Assembly: GCA_977016875.1 (NCBI GenBank)
Contig: CDRNST010000033.1
Coordinates: 992,001 to 1,056,000, forward strand
Reading direction: 5' to 3'
Source: Pavona decussata
Taxonomy: Eukaryota
Length of the DNA: 64,000 bases
Shown one piece after another: positions 1-11,757 of the stretch (within the stretch, counting starts at the first letter, position 1; every line of letters begins with the position of its first letter). Position numbers and translations under genes: made by a program. The notes under the pieces are model-generated. The model was not told where the DNA came from. It saw nothing but the letters and a program-made list of their open reading frames with translations, and searched no databases.

Positions 1-39
1 ATGAGAAAGAACGCTGGGTACAAACTATTTTCCGTGTGT

Positions 40-817
40 TTATGGTTCGGTGAACGCAGGAAAATACCCATTTTCTTGAATTTGCATGAATTCACCGTCC
101 TAGGAAACAGCATGAAACACCAGTAAAACACTGGCAAACCCCGGAATATCAATTAAGGGTATTTTCCGAGCTTTAACGGTTTGGTGAACGCTGGAAAACA
201 GGCGTTTTCTTCGATTCTCTTTAATTCACTGTCCCAGAAAATGTAAGAAAACAAAGCAAAACGCTTGTGAACGGCCGATTATTTGCCGTTTTCCCAGCGT
301 AAACGGATTGGTAAATACTGGATAACATACGTCTTCTTAAATTTACATGAATTCACCGTCCCAGAAAATGTAAGAATACGCAAGAAAAACGCTTGCAAAC
401 TCTGGAATATTGGCTGTTTTCCAAGCATTAACTGATAGGCAAACGCTAGTTTGCCAGCGTTGACCTACGTTGAACTGGGATTTTCCGTGGCAGAAAACAA
501 CAGAAAACTCAGGTTTTTACTGGATAACAGCGGTGAATGCGACGTTGGACGGTGGGAAAACTCCAGTAAACGCCCGGAATACAAGACGTTTTTAAGCGTG
601 TTAACCGACCATTGAACGCCGGAAAACGCACACCGCAACAGAAAACTGCCGGATAGTGGAACGAATACTCCAATTCACCTGCACGAAAACTCGCGGAAAA
701 GATCGGACTTTCCTATTTGGTGAACATTGAAAAATACCACATTTTACGTAAGTTCGCCGCATGTTTTCTTAGCGGTAAAATCCCACTTTTCCTGCCATGC
801 CAGTTTCGCAGAACACC
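40..817. repeat. Degenerate tandem repeat (~125-135-bp units), possibly the subterminal array of a DNA transposon cut by the window edge
   Basis: GGT(G/A)AA..CTGGA..A, AATTCAC(C/T)GTCC and CAGAAAATGTAAGAA blocks recur, with units starting near 49, 183 and 310. Confidence 0.55.
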
Positions 818-1149
818 AATAGCCTTGCCTCTACTCGACAGAAGAAACAGTTACATTTGACAGCTGCAATGAATTTTGCTGGGGAAAAATAAACTATGAT
901 TGATTGCCTGCAAGTAAGCACTTTGGTTTCCCAAGAATGTCTTACATTTTTCCTTGTTTGTTTTCAATTAATGCCTTGTCCACAGCATGAAGCAAATAAT
1001 GTACAGCATAACATTGAGGACAATCAGTTCCACCAAAATCAACACTGTATTGTACTTATGCTGTCCCACAACCATTTTGTCTGGTCTTTGTTCTTGTCTA
1101 TAGTGCAAAGGTTTTAGAGGTTCAATATGAGAGCAGAACCTTGTTACAA

Positions 1150-1488
1150 TTATAGCCTTTTAGAATTCAATGGATGTGTAGAAATTACACAATATATATA
1201 CCACAAACACCGGCCTACAAGCTGCAGTTGCAGATAAGTAGCACCTCGAGTTTTGAAGCCCAAAGTTTGAAAAAAACGTTTGATGAAAAAAAAGTAAACT
1301 TTCCATGCAATGACTTTAGCCTTGAGTACGTCCCTTCTCCAGCTCCAGAAAAAAGTGGCATGCTGTATCAGTTTCGTCTTTAGGTTTTGTGTCAGCTCTT
1401 CTCTTTGGGCTTTCCACTGGTAAAAATAACTTTCATCCACAGCAAACTTCCCTCCAGCAGTAGGGCGTCCATGATCAACAGAATACAC
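1150..1488 (-). pseudogene. Remnant of a pogo/Tigger-like transposase N-terminal HTH region
   Basis: AGGKFAVDESYFYQWKAQREEL resembles pogo-family N-terminal HTH segments; degraded. Confidence 0.35.
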
Positions 1489-3811
1489 CAGATTAAGCTA
1501 TGATCGTAGCCATGTTTCGCTAATATTTATTTACTTGAGTAGGATCGAATATGAGTAGTGGTGCTAATTGGTTGTAACTGTTTGTTGTTGGTTTTTACTG
1601 TTTTGTACTTTGATAATTCACATCGAACCATGTTTTTATTGCATCCCATTTATCAATTTCAGAACTATTGGAGTTAATATTTCCAATCTGACTCAAGTAA
1701 AAGACAGAAGGAAAGCTGCATCCAATCAGGTCCACAATGGGAAGAGATACATGTACCAGAAGGTGTGACTCCTCAAACTTCACCGTGTGAAAACATACAT
1801 GTACCAAAAAAAAGATGTGGTTTGTTCTTTGTCGACACCTGCTGGCACACCATCAACACCAGGATAGGCCAGAGCTATGAGCTGCAAAGGCTGCCAGTAC
1901 AAGAGCAAGCTGAGTAATGTGCAGAGGGTAAAACAAGGGGTTCAAGGAAAAACTGGCCACCTTGAAGAAAACTGTATGATTTTAAATGTATTACCTTATA
2001 AAAGTTGGCAATTTCTAAGGATCCCTGAATACCATCGTCTTTCAATATTAAAGCTTGCCTCTTAGTTATCACAACTTTTGATTACAATAAGCACAGGTGT
2101 AGCGTTATGGCAAATATAAGTTTTTGTCTATAAAGATTGGCATTCCAATTTTTAAATTAGTTCCATCCTTATAATACCTTCTGATACACAAACTGTAGAA
2201 GAACCAGATCTCCATTTAAACCAGCTACGCTGAACTGGAATTTCTAAATAAATAAATAAATAAATAAATAAACCAGCTGAACAAGCCAGCAAAGGTCTTA
2301 TTGAAGACCAAAGTGTTTCTCAGCATACTATACGTGGTCGTATGTTTCATTTGCAGAAACAGAAAATGATGGTATCAGCAAAGACGGTGATTAGGCTCCA
2401 GGACAGAATGGAATGGATGACACTACTGAGGACGAGGACAACAACACTAAAGATGAAAATGACATCAAGCCTTGTTACCTGGGGAATTATGTACATGTGT
2501 CCATATTAATTTGTGGATATTTCAAAAAGCCTGTGATTTACTTTTTTCCTTCAGAGTTAATTTGAATGGCCCTGCCTTTGCACACAAACAGCCCAAGCTC
2601 ATCATGACCTATGAGATATTCTTGAAGACTTTTGGTTGCTTTGTTTTCATTGCTATCCTGATAACCACGTGTCCATGAGGCAAACTGGCACAATGGTGAA
2701 GACAGAAACGCACTAAGTGAATATTAGGGTATGCCTACTCACAAACGTTCATGCCTCATGGAAAATATTCAGTCTGAAATGCACTTTTAAACTTTGCAGC
2801 ATTGAAAAGTGGTGCTTTAATAAGTACGACGTTGCTAGTATCGCACCACATGCAGTTGTTTAGTCTACGTGTGCCTTCTTTACAAATCAGTGGTCAGTTG
2901 TGTTCTCAACTGTTATCCATCATAGGGAGTTATACAAAGCAGCCTGTATTAAAAAAGTAACAAGTATGTGGGCTGTGGACTGGTAAGGTGACAGACACTT
3001 GACAACTCAATGAGACATTCTACTAAATGTAGACTCTACACAATTTTGTATACAACTATAGTGAAAGTTGTGCATTTTATTGCTGTCAAGTGAACAGCTG
3101 TTGTCGCTGATGCATACATTGTCAGAGATTCTCCAGCGGACATATATTTTATCAGCCATCAGTAAGGGTGGGCATGTATTTCTTGTCCACTGACCAAAGT
3201 GACAGACCAAAGCAAGAAAAGGCCTTCACGGCGATATTATAAACAATAATCCTTCATCACAAGAATTTTTTTGGGCAAACAAAGAGCACAAAAGGTGCCA
3301 GGTTCTGTGGTGTATATGGGTTCTGTACTTTGGAACTTTATGACCAGGAAATATAAATGACCTGGTGCTCAAATTTGAGATATTTCTAATGATTTCTGCC
3401 CTAGTATCACATCAGCTTCAACTTCTTGTTGTAGACTTGAAGAATTTTTATACTTTTCATAGACCTTGTTTTTTTTTATAAATTTTAGTTTTAAATTGCT
3501 GTTTACTTTTTATTGTCTTGTAAAAGGCTCCCATTTCCATCATTTTACCTTGATTTGTTAAGAATGTGGTTTTAGTCTCATGATCTACAGGCTTTTAGGG
3601 ACTGGTCATAAAGTACAGGGGGGGGGTGGGCTGGAAAAAAAGGGGGGGTGGGTCACTGTTTTCATGCATGTAAAAAGGGGTGGGCTAGCAAAAACCATGC
3701 ATCATTAAAGGGGTGGGGCACATAATATTTTTGCACATGTTTTGCATCAAATGGTGCCTTTTGCCAGTAAAACTGTGAAATGTATTAACAGTAAAAGCAC
3801 AAATTATAATT

Positions 3812-3989
3812 GTGTAGTTTCAGAAAATATCCATCCCCCATCACAGAGGGAATTTATAAAAGGACGCCCTGGAACTTCCAAGTTTCTTTCATACAATCTC
3901 TGTAATTTTGTTCTTTCTCTTACCACCATCCCCTCCAGAATCTTGAATTCCCTCCATGGGTGGGGTAAGGATATTTTCTGGAACTACAC
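3812..3989. mobile_element. MITE inside the Zator-like element
   Basis: TIR GTGTAGTT(T/C)CAGAAAATATCC at both ends; ATT on both flanks. Confidence 0.75.
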
Positions 3990-4219
3990 ATTCTATCAAG
4001 AAAAGGGCAAGTTCACTCGCATCCATTAAAATGAACAACTATGATTCCATGTGGTTATTAATGATACATATTAGATGCACATTATCTTCTCAAAATCATT
4101 TCAGGTATTTCAACAAAAATAGATCTCATGCAATGATAAACTTCAAAAACAAGACTTTGTACAATATTTTCAACTAGAGTCAACAGTCCACTTTGAAAGC
4201 TATTGTGCATGCATGATCT

Positions 4220-6041
4220 TTACAAACATAGGACATCATCAGCACTTTCATTCCCATCCATTTCATATTCATCATCTCCATCAGAACTGGTGTCACTGTC
4301 AGACAATGGTAATGATCCTGTAGGAATCATGATCAGTGACTGTATCACAGAAACAGCACTCTTGGTAAACATCTTTCTCTCTATCAACATTTTTAGCCAC
4401 TTCATATCACTTGTTTTAAGGCTTGATATACCAGTAGAGTTGAGGTTTGAGGCATTGGCTGTGTTTCCATAGCCACACGTTCCCTCCAGTGAATTATTAA
4501 TTACCACTAAATCATAGACCCTTTTGCAGTTTTTTTCATGGCGATCATGTTTCCTTTTTTTGCTTTTGGCCTTGTTCTCTTTCTGCCTTCTCTTTCGGGA
4601 CGTTTGGGCCTGTTTGACTTCTGGATACATTCTCCGGTGTTTCTCATGCATACATTTTGTAGTGGAAAGGGCACTTTCAATGCGGTCTGTTATGCTTTGT
4701 AGTCTTCCAAAGCATTCTTCGTTGAACTTGTGTGCACAAGTTTGAGTAGATTTTATTTTACCAGATTTAGTAAAACAGCTATCATCACCCACTTTTAATT
4801 CTGCCCTAATCTTATTGGTTTTATCCTTTAGACCTTCCAACTGTGTACTTCTGTAATTTATTCCTGTGAGGTCAGTAGGCATCAAAGGCTCTTTCAATGG
4901 TTGTTCAAAAGATGCAACCCTTTCTTCCAAAGTATTTAGTTCTGTATGAAGGTCATATTCCCTTCTTCCCTCTGAATGGAAGACCTTTGAAAAATCTCTT
5001 GCACTGTGGGAGAATTTCCATTGGCTCTTGTACAATGAAGGAAGAACTTTCTCATTAAGAAACTTTGCTCTTTCAGTTTTTGGATGGGGTATATAGCCAA
5101 ACTTCTTATCCTGCCATGGAGTCTTGTTTTCTTTGGGAGGCATCAACAGGGCTGTCAGGTCATTATTCTTGCTGCCTCCAACTTGGTCTTTTTGAGGCTT
5201 GTCTTTTCCATAAAGTCTCTGAAGTCTTCTTATCTGAACAGCAGTTAATCCTATGAAAAATATTCAATTGAAATGTTACAACATTGAAATAAAACTCTCT
5301 ATATATTTAGGAAGGTTTTAAGAGATTTTTATAGACTACAAATACTTCACAGACCATCTTTTTCTGAGTGTAATTCATTTATCTGGAATATGTATACATA
5401 ATATTTAATTATGCTGCAGCAGCTAGTAAGCTGACCATTCACATTTAAGTATAGCAATTAATGGGAAACCTCTGTGGATTAAAATTATAGATGGTTATTT
5501 ATATAAGGCAATTTAATATCCAACATACCTATTGTTGCTAAATCCTCAGCAGTTACATCTGTCAGGTGGCTAATCTTTTCGACGCCTTCAGCTAGAAATT
5601 TTGCTTCAAAGAAACTTAAATCAGACAGGGCCAGAAAAATTCCAATCTCTTCAGAACCACTATATAAAGCATCTGTGTTTGCTACTCTATTGTGCAAGGA
5701 CTCAACCTTCTTCCACTCTCTATCGAATCGTCTTGCCTGTATTTCTGTCAGTCCTATAAAAATAGAAACATGTTTACTATAAATAGTGTATGAATAACTG
5801 TTGGAAAGAATAATAATTCATCAGGAATCTGAATGAATCGGAATGAACGAGTAAAGAAATTCAATTTGTGCTCACCTATTTTCTTCAGATCCACATTTGT
5901 CACATCTCTAATATGCTCAACTTTGGTTATTCCCTCGCTTTGGAATGCAGCTTCAAATTGATGCAAGTCAGCAATGATGAGAAAGCTTTTAATGCTTGCA
6001 TTCTTTTCGACAAAATCGTCATCGAGAGATACGTCCGCCAT
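4220..6041 (-). CDS. Transposon-borne tandem SAM-domain protein, 3 exons (6041-5876, 5753-5529, 5250-4220), 473 aa
   Basis: AAAATGGCG start; GT-AG introns keep the frame (166+225+1031=1422 nt); two SAM-like repeats (FLIIADLHQFEAAFQSEGITKVEHIRDVTNVDLKKIG|LTEIQARRF and FLALSDLSFFEAKFLAEGVEKISHLTDVTAEDLATIG|LTAVQIRRL); basic NLS-like segment and acidic tail. Confidence 0.8.
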
Positions 6042-6115
6042 TTTGAATTTTGAGAGTGCTTCAAAATCGCCCCAGACCCCGGCGATTTTGAAGCGCTCTC
6101 TGTGCATTATGGGAT

Positions 6116-9100
6116 ATGTCGAACAATATGGCTGGAAAAGAGAAGCCATCTTGTGAAAGGTTGGCAGTTTTTGGCAAAAAAGAACAACGAGCATGCTCCA
6201 GAGTTTCGACTGGGTCTTGGAAATCCCTTCAGACGTGTAATGTGAACGAAAATGAGGAAAAACTTGAAGGTTTGCTTGCATATTACAGACAACAAAAAGC
6301 CGCACACAAAGCGCTAGTTGCAGAGGCCAATCTATATGTTCTACGCCAGCTTTTGGCTGCAAGTTCTGATGAAGACTCGCGTGGACGAGGATTCCTACAA
6401 TTTGATGAGGCCTATGGATTGTACAGTAGCTTTTTCGAAAAACCGGTAGAGAAAGCAGAATTCCGCGATCATCTGCTGGATAAGGTTCATGGACTTCGAG
6501 TGTTTGTTGCTACCGTTCAAGGAACAAGGTAAGTCTTGACACTGTTCATCTATAATACTCCCTCTGTAATGCATTTTTGGAATGTTGGAAAGATCTAGCA
6601 AAGCGAGTCCCAGTCTTGGTTGTGCTTGAAGGAACTCTTCCTTCAGTGTATCCTAGATTTTAAGATTCTGTCACGTTTTTCTTCTGTACATGTTCTATTT
6701 AACTTACACTAATATGAAGAATCCAAGTCTCGCCGAGCCTCCGAGCAGTATTTTTAATCCGAGTGCGAGTCAAGCCTCACTCAAATTTTAAGCTGTACGC
6801 TGCTTTGAGACACCATTCTATGCCCCTCAGAGTGGTTTGGGAGTTTCAGAGGGCTTGTTTTGAGTATAAATGCTCCTATCAATGTTCAAAATTTTCTTCA
6901 TCATTTTAAATTAATGCTATAAAATTATTGTGTTAAAAAACACTAAAATTTTGTTGCCAGATATGTCATACTGGAAAATGACTTCACGTGTATTGGATGG
7001 TTGCTGAAAGACTTCGAAAATTCAGCCAAAGAAGAGTCAGACAATGTGCGGTACGAACTCACTGCTGCCAATTTAAAAACCATCATAGCTTCTATGGACA
7101 CCGAATATGACAAAAATGCACTCAAGGCTGTTATATTTGCAACCAGAAGCCGCAGTGAAGTTCAAGCTTTAGGAATAAAAGCTGACAGAGCAGTAAATTT
7201 TTTGCGAAACACAATTAATGCTGCTGAAGAATGGGAGAATACTATGATGGCAGCGGAGGACATGATTGAGCTGCGCCTAAAAGAGAAAAATGATGCTGTT
7301 GAAACAAAAATACATCAAATAGATGAAAAGATCGCCAAACTAGGAGACTTTTTGCCACAAAGTAGGAGAGATGACCTGGAAACTGAAAAGGAAATGCTAA
7401 CGGAACGTGCAGCAAATATAGCGCGTCTTCAAACCAAGCAGGATGCTACAAGCAAGAAGCGCTTTCAACAGTGCAAACGGAGATTAGCTGTACAGCTCAT
7501 TGATGATAATCGGGTGAAGAGACGTAAAACCTGTTCAGGGGCACCACGGTTGCTGGACAGTGAAGATGAAGAATTTATCCAAAAAGCAGTTGAAGATAAA
7601 AGCACAGCCCATGGTCGTCGACACGATTCAACTCTTTACTCAAACCACCGAGTAAAGAAGAAGGACTTCCTTACAATTGCAAGATATAATTTGTATAGGA
7701 GAGGAAAGAAACTGATCAAAAGTGCGACGACAGTGCTCAATAGAGGTCGACCAAGAAATATATCTTCCAAAGCTGCGAAGGCACACCTGGGGAAATGGTT
7801 ATTCTGTGCCAAGAAGCCACCCAAAACAGAGCAGGAAGCAAATGAGTGTACGCATCATCAGCGTAAGCATGTAAAGAATGTCAAGCTTTCTGTATTTGAG
7901 CAAGGTAGAGAGAAAGAAGGTCTCATTTTGTCCATGGATGACAAAGCCTACCTCCGTCCTGGGACTGACGTGGGGATGCGAAATGTAAAGGCAGGCAAAA
8001 TCTATGATGTTGTTGATGAAGACAAGCAAAGAAAGCTGCCCCAACATGATTTTAGCAACCCACAAATTCATGTTACCCCATCTTCATTTCGCTTTATGAC
8101 TGCACACAAGGAAGACATTAATGGGAAGACACACGTTGTGAATGATGTTGATCAGACAGTTGTAATGAACAGACCAAAGTACTACATCGGTAGTAATGGA
8201 AGTGTGTGGGGATCTGATACCATGTTTTTACGATGGGAACTTCCCCAACTTTTTGAAGTTCAAGATGGTCCTTTATACAGATATTGTAGTTTACCACTTA
8301 GACAGTTTTGCGCCCGAGTCCATGACTGCGCCTATTATTTTGAAGACACTACAATGCATGAAGACGTGATGTCATGCACTGAAAGCCCAGACTGCAAATT
8401 CCGAGCCTATGAAGAATCTCGTCTGACATGGTTGAAACAACAGTTACTGGCTGCACAACAAAAGTGGGATGAAGACAAGGTTTTAATTGAGGGAGAAGAT
8501 GTTGCCCTAGGCAATGAAGTCAAAGACACCGTGACTACAGTTACAGACACATTAGATGAGATTGGGGATATCTCTTCTGATACCAAGGAAAAAATATGGG
8601 ACAATTGTGTCACTGTGCTGGGAAAACTTAATGGAACGCAAGAATGTATCAAGAGATTAAATCTTCCACCAGTTAAGCCAGATATGCTAAAGGCAACCGA
8701 CGCAGGTCCTGGTGTGGGATGTTCAAACATTGAAGTTAAGTTCAGAGATGCCGAAATGGCAAGAGTTCTGAACTTTGATCGTCTAAACAGAGTCCACAGG
8801 GCGCGGAATGACAGTGGGCAAAACGAGTCAGAAAGATCTAATGCTTGTATCGGGGAAGCTCTTGTCGACGGTGCTTCCTTACAGTGGAACTATTATGGAC
8901 CCCTTGACAACCTGGATGAGGATGAGATCAAGAAGCTCTCCGTTGAAGATGTCAAGCAGCTAGAAGAAGACGCAATGCAGAAAAACGCTTGGTGTGTAGC
9001 CAAAGATGTCACTGAAAGGATACAGGATGAGCCTGGTCCAGCCGGAGATTTTATGAAGGCCTTTGTGACACCAAGAGAAAGTGAGCAGTTTTTCTTCAAT

Positions 9101-10102
9101 GGTAAAGAACTCAGGGAGTTTACATCAGCAACTGAATCAAAACAGAAGGATGTTCCAGGACATGCATACTTCCAGAAAATCGAAACATTTTTAAAACAGC
9201 ATGTCCAAGTTGGTGAACTCTACCTAGAATTCCTAAAAGGTGATTGTAAACAGACCAGTGGCAAGCTCTGTGACTTCTGCACTAAATATCCATCTTTTCG
9301 TGAAAACTTACAGCGGGTACCAAGGCCAAAGCCTGATGTAACAGCCCTACCAGAGCTAAAGTACTTACCACGTGACAAAACACCAAACACGACAACAGAT
9401 GGACACCAAAGGCCCGTTGATGATTTCCAACCGAGAGCTCAGATAAAGAAGCACGTGGAAGAAGGAACACTAACACTGACAGACAGTGAATCGATTACGT
9501 CATTTTCTAAAGCATTTGCTGTAGAGGAGGACCTTGTAAGAAACTATCTCGAGCATCTACAGTATCTTAATCTAAAGAAATTGAAACGCATAGATGACAG
9601 GAAAAAGAAGAAACAAGCTGAATCTCAAATGACATACAACGACTATGACTGGGAAGACATGTTTAAGAAAGGGACACTGAAGAAGAAAACAGTGCCAGTC
9701 TTGGATCTCTTTCTACAAAAACACCAGCTGCGAACGAATCGAAAAATGAAAAAGGGTGAGAAGCTAATGGTAATTAATGCTTGGTTTGCGAAATCCCAAC
9801 TCGAAAAAATTGGAGAAGGAGAAGACAGTGATAAAGTGGACAATGAGATCGACGAAGAAGACGTGGAGGAGGAAGAAGACGATGGAGAAGAGAGCGAGTA
9901 CAACGATGCTGATGACAATGAACTTGCTTCTGATAGTGAAGATGACAACTCTGATGTAGTTCTGCAAGAAATTGGCTATTCCAGTGATGAGGATGAGCAG
10001 ACAGACGATGAAACGGAAGGGGAGACAGAACACCTTAGAACAAGAGCCGGGAGACCTGCAACAACCTACCGATCGAGACAATTTTTTGGAGACTCCGACT
10101 GA
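6116..10102 (+). CDS. Zator-like DD(D/E) transposase, 2 exons (6116-6528, 6961-10102), 1184 aa (alternative ATG at 6128)
   Basis: AG|GTAAGT donor and TTGCCAG| acceptor join the 138-aa and 1033-aa ORFs in frame; ILSMDDKAYLRPG, ATDAGPG and SGQNESERSNA match the Zator catalytic blocks; C-terminal SAP-like motif. Confidence 0.82.
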
Positions 10103-10699
10103 CTGTTACTCAAACTGAGGTGCGTTGTACATTATATCATTGCCAATGCCTTATGTTATCACCTTATAAAATACCATAGTGACTAATAAGTGCATGTGTG
10201 CTCCTTCCTCTATCATACTTGTCCTCTAATTTGTCTAGTTTTATGTATAGTCTTACCTTTATTTACTAGGGGTGGGTCATTTCATTTTTTACCTGAAAAA
10301 TATGGGTGGGCCATGCATTATTCTGCAAAAATATGAGGGTGGGTCACACAAAACTAGCCTTCGTAAAAATGAATTTTTCCAGCCCACCCCCCCCGGTACT
10401 TTATGACCAGTCCCTTAGAATTGATATATTTCCATAATACACATTTAATGTTATAAAGTAAGACAGTGTAAAGTGCTTGCACTGAGGGTTGACGCCAAGT
10501 ACCAATATTTACACTTTGTGTGCAAATGGCAAGTTTTGTTTCTTCGAGAAATACGTCATTTTCTTAAACTTCTTTCTGAGTTTGCATATTTAAAAACTCC
10601 CTGTTTCTCGATTCTTGATCCTCAATTCTCGTGCCTTAAAACCCTAACAATACGAGACGAATTGCCTGTGGCCTTCCTTCATATAGCTCGTACTGTTCA

Positions 10700-11452
10700 C
10701 GCAGGTTCTGAGAACGAAGAGCCCTCTGACGACGATAGTAGTGCTTCAGAGGACTCTAGTGATGAAACTGAAGATGAAGATGACAGTACTGAGGATGGCA
10801 ATGACCAAGACTATTCGAATTTGCGATGGTCTTGTCACATTCAAGCTCCAAGAGGGATGGATTTCAAGGAAGATGTAGGCATCAAAGTTGATATGCCGGC
10901 TAATTCCACTTGCTTTGATTATTTTCATCAGTTCTTCACCGATCATGTTTACCAGCTGATTGAGTGAGAGCATCCAGTTTGAGCGGCAGAAAGGTGAACT
11001 TGATGCGGATTTATTAGGCAGTCTCCAAAATTTTGGTGTCCCTGAGTTGAAAGCTTGGCTTGGTCTCACATTGGCCATGGGCTTAGTGAAAAAAACAACC
11101 TCAAATCGTATTGGTCCTCTAATGCAGTCACTAATACTCCGTTATTTGCAACACAATGGCTAGAGATAGCTACCTTGCAATTCTAAGGTTTCTGCATTTT
11201 ATAAGCAATCACAATGCACTAGACCCTGCAGATCCTAATAGGGATAAACTGTGGAAAATAAGACCATTTCTAAATATTCTGCTTCCAGTGTTAACTTCAG
11301 TTTACTCACCATCACAGAATTTATATTTGGTTGAAACTTTGGTTAAATTCGAGGGAAGAGTCCAATTGAGGCAATTTTTGCCTTTGAAAAGAAGCTGGTT
11401 CAGTCTGAAGGGGTTTGTAATTGCTGATGCAGACAATGGCTATGTCCTGAAC
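10700..11452 (+). pseudogene. piggyBac-like (DDE_Tnp_1_7/PGBD4-type) transposase, part 1
   Basis: YFHQFFTD, ELKAWLGLTLAMG, MARDSYLAILRFLHF, DKLWKIRP, QFLPLKR and ADNGYVLN; stops and frameshifts. Confidence 0.85.
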
Positions 11453-11483
11453 TGGTCAGTGTAAAATGCAGACTGCAGACTGC

Positions 11484-11757
11484 AGACTGGGGGTAAAATG
11501 CAGACTGAACAATGCAGACCAGGGGTAAAATGCAGACTAAATTATAAAGACTATCTTTTTAAAGTTAAAACACTCGACGACTGGGTTGCGACCTCACAAG
11601 TTGGTTTTTAGTGATAAGGTAGACTGGGGGTAAAATGCAGACTGAACAATGCAGACCAGGGGTAAAATGCAGACTAAATTATAAAGACTATCTTTTTAAA
11701 GTTAAAACACTCGATGACTGGGTTGCGACCTCACAAGTTGGTTTTTAGCGATAAGGT
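11484..11757 (+). repeat. 137-bp tandem duplication in the MULE left end
   Basis: 11484-11620 and 11621-11757 are nearly identical. Confidence 0.9.

Larger units (their letters stand above)
3598..10414. mobile_element. Intact Zator-like DNA transposon (6817 bp) with two divergent genes
   Basis: TIRs GGGACTGGTCATAAAGTAC.G8-9TGGGCTGGAAAAA at 3598-3639 and 10374-10414; TTA at 3595-3597 and 10415-10417; GG..CC termini; transposase motifs SMDDKAY, TDAGPG and NESERSN. Confidence 0.85.

Noticed and set aside
1500-3590. Short ORFs and an acidic stretch (2350-2470) as a gene or piggyBac 5' part
   Set aside because: No recognisable motif or consistent frame; too degraded to support
8407-10081. Antisense ORFs of ~100 aa over the transposase
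   Set aside because: Shadows of the biased coding strand, e.g. poly-Ser opposite the acidic tract
3598-10414. Harbinger assignment based on the TTA TSD and two genes
   Set aside because: No DDE_Tnp_4 motifs and no Myb/MADF partner; catalytic blocks are Zator-like
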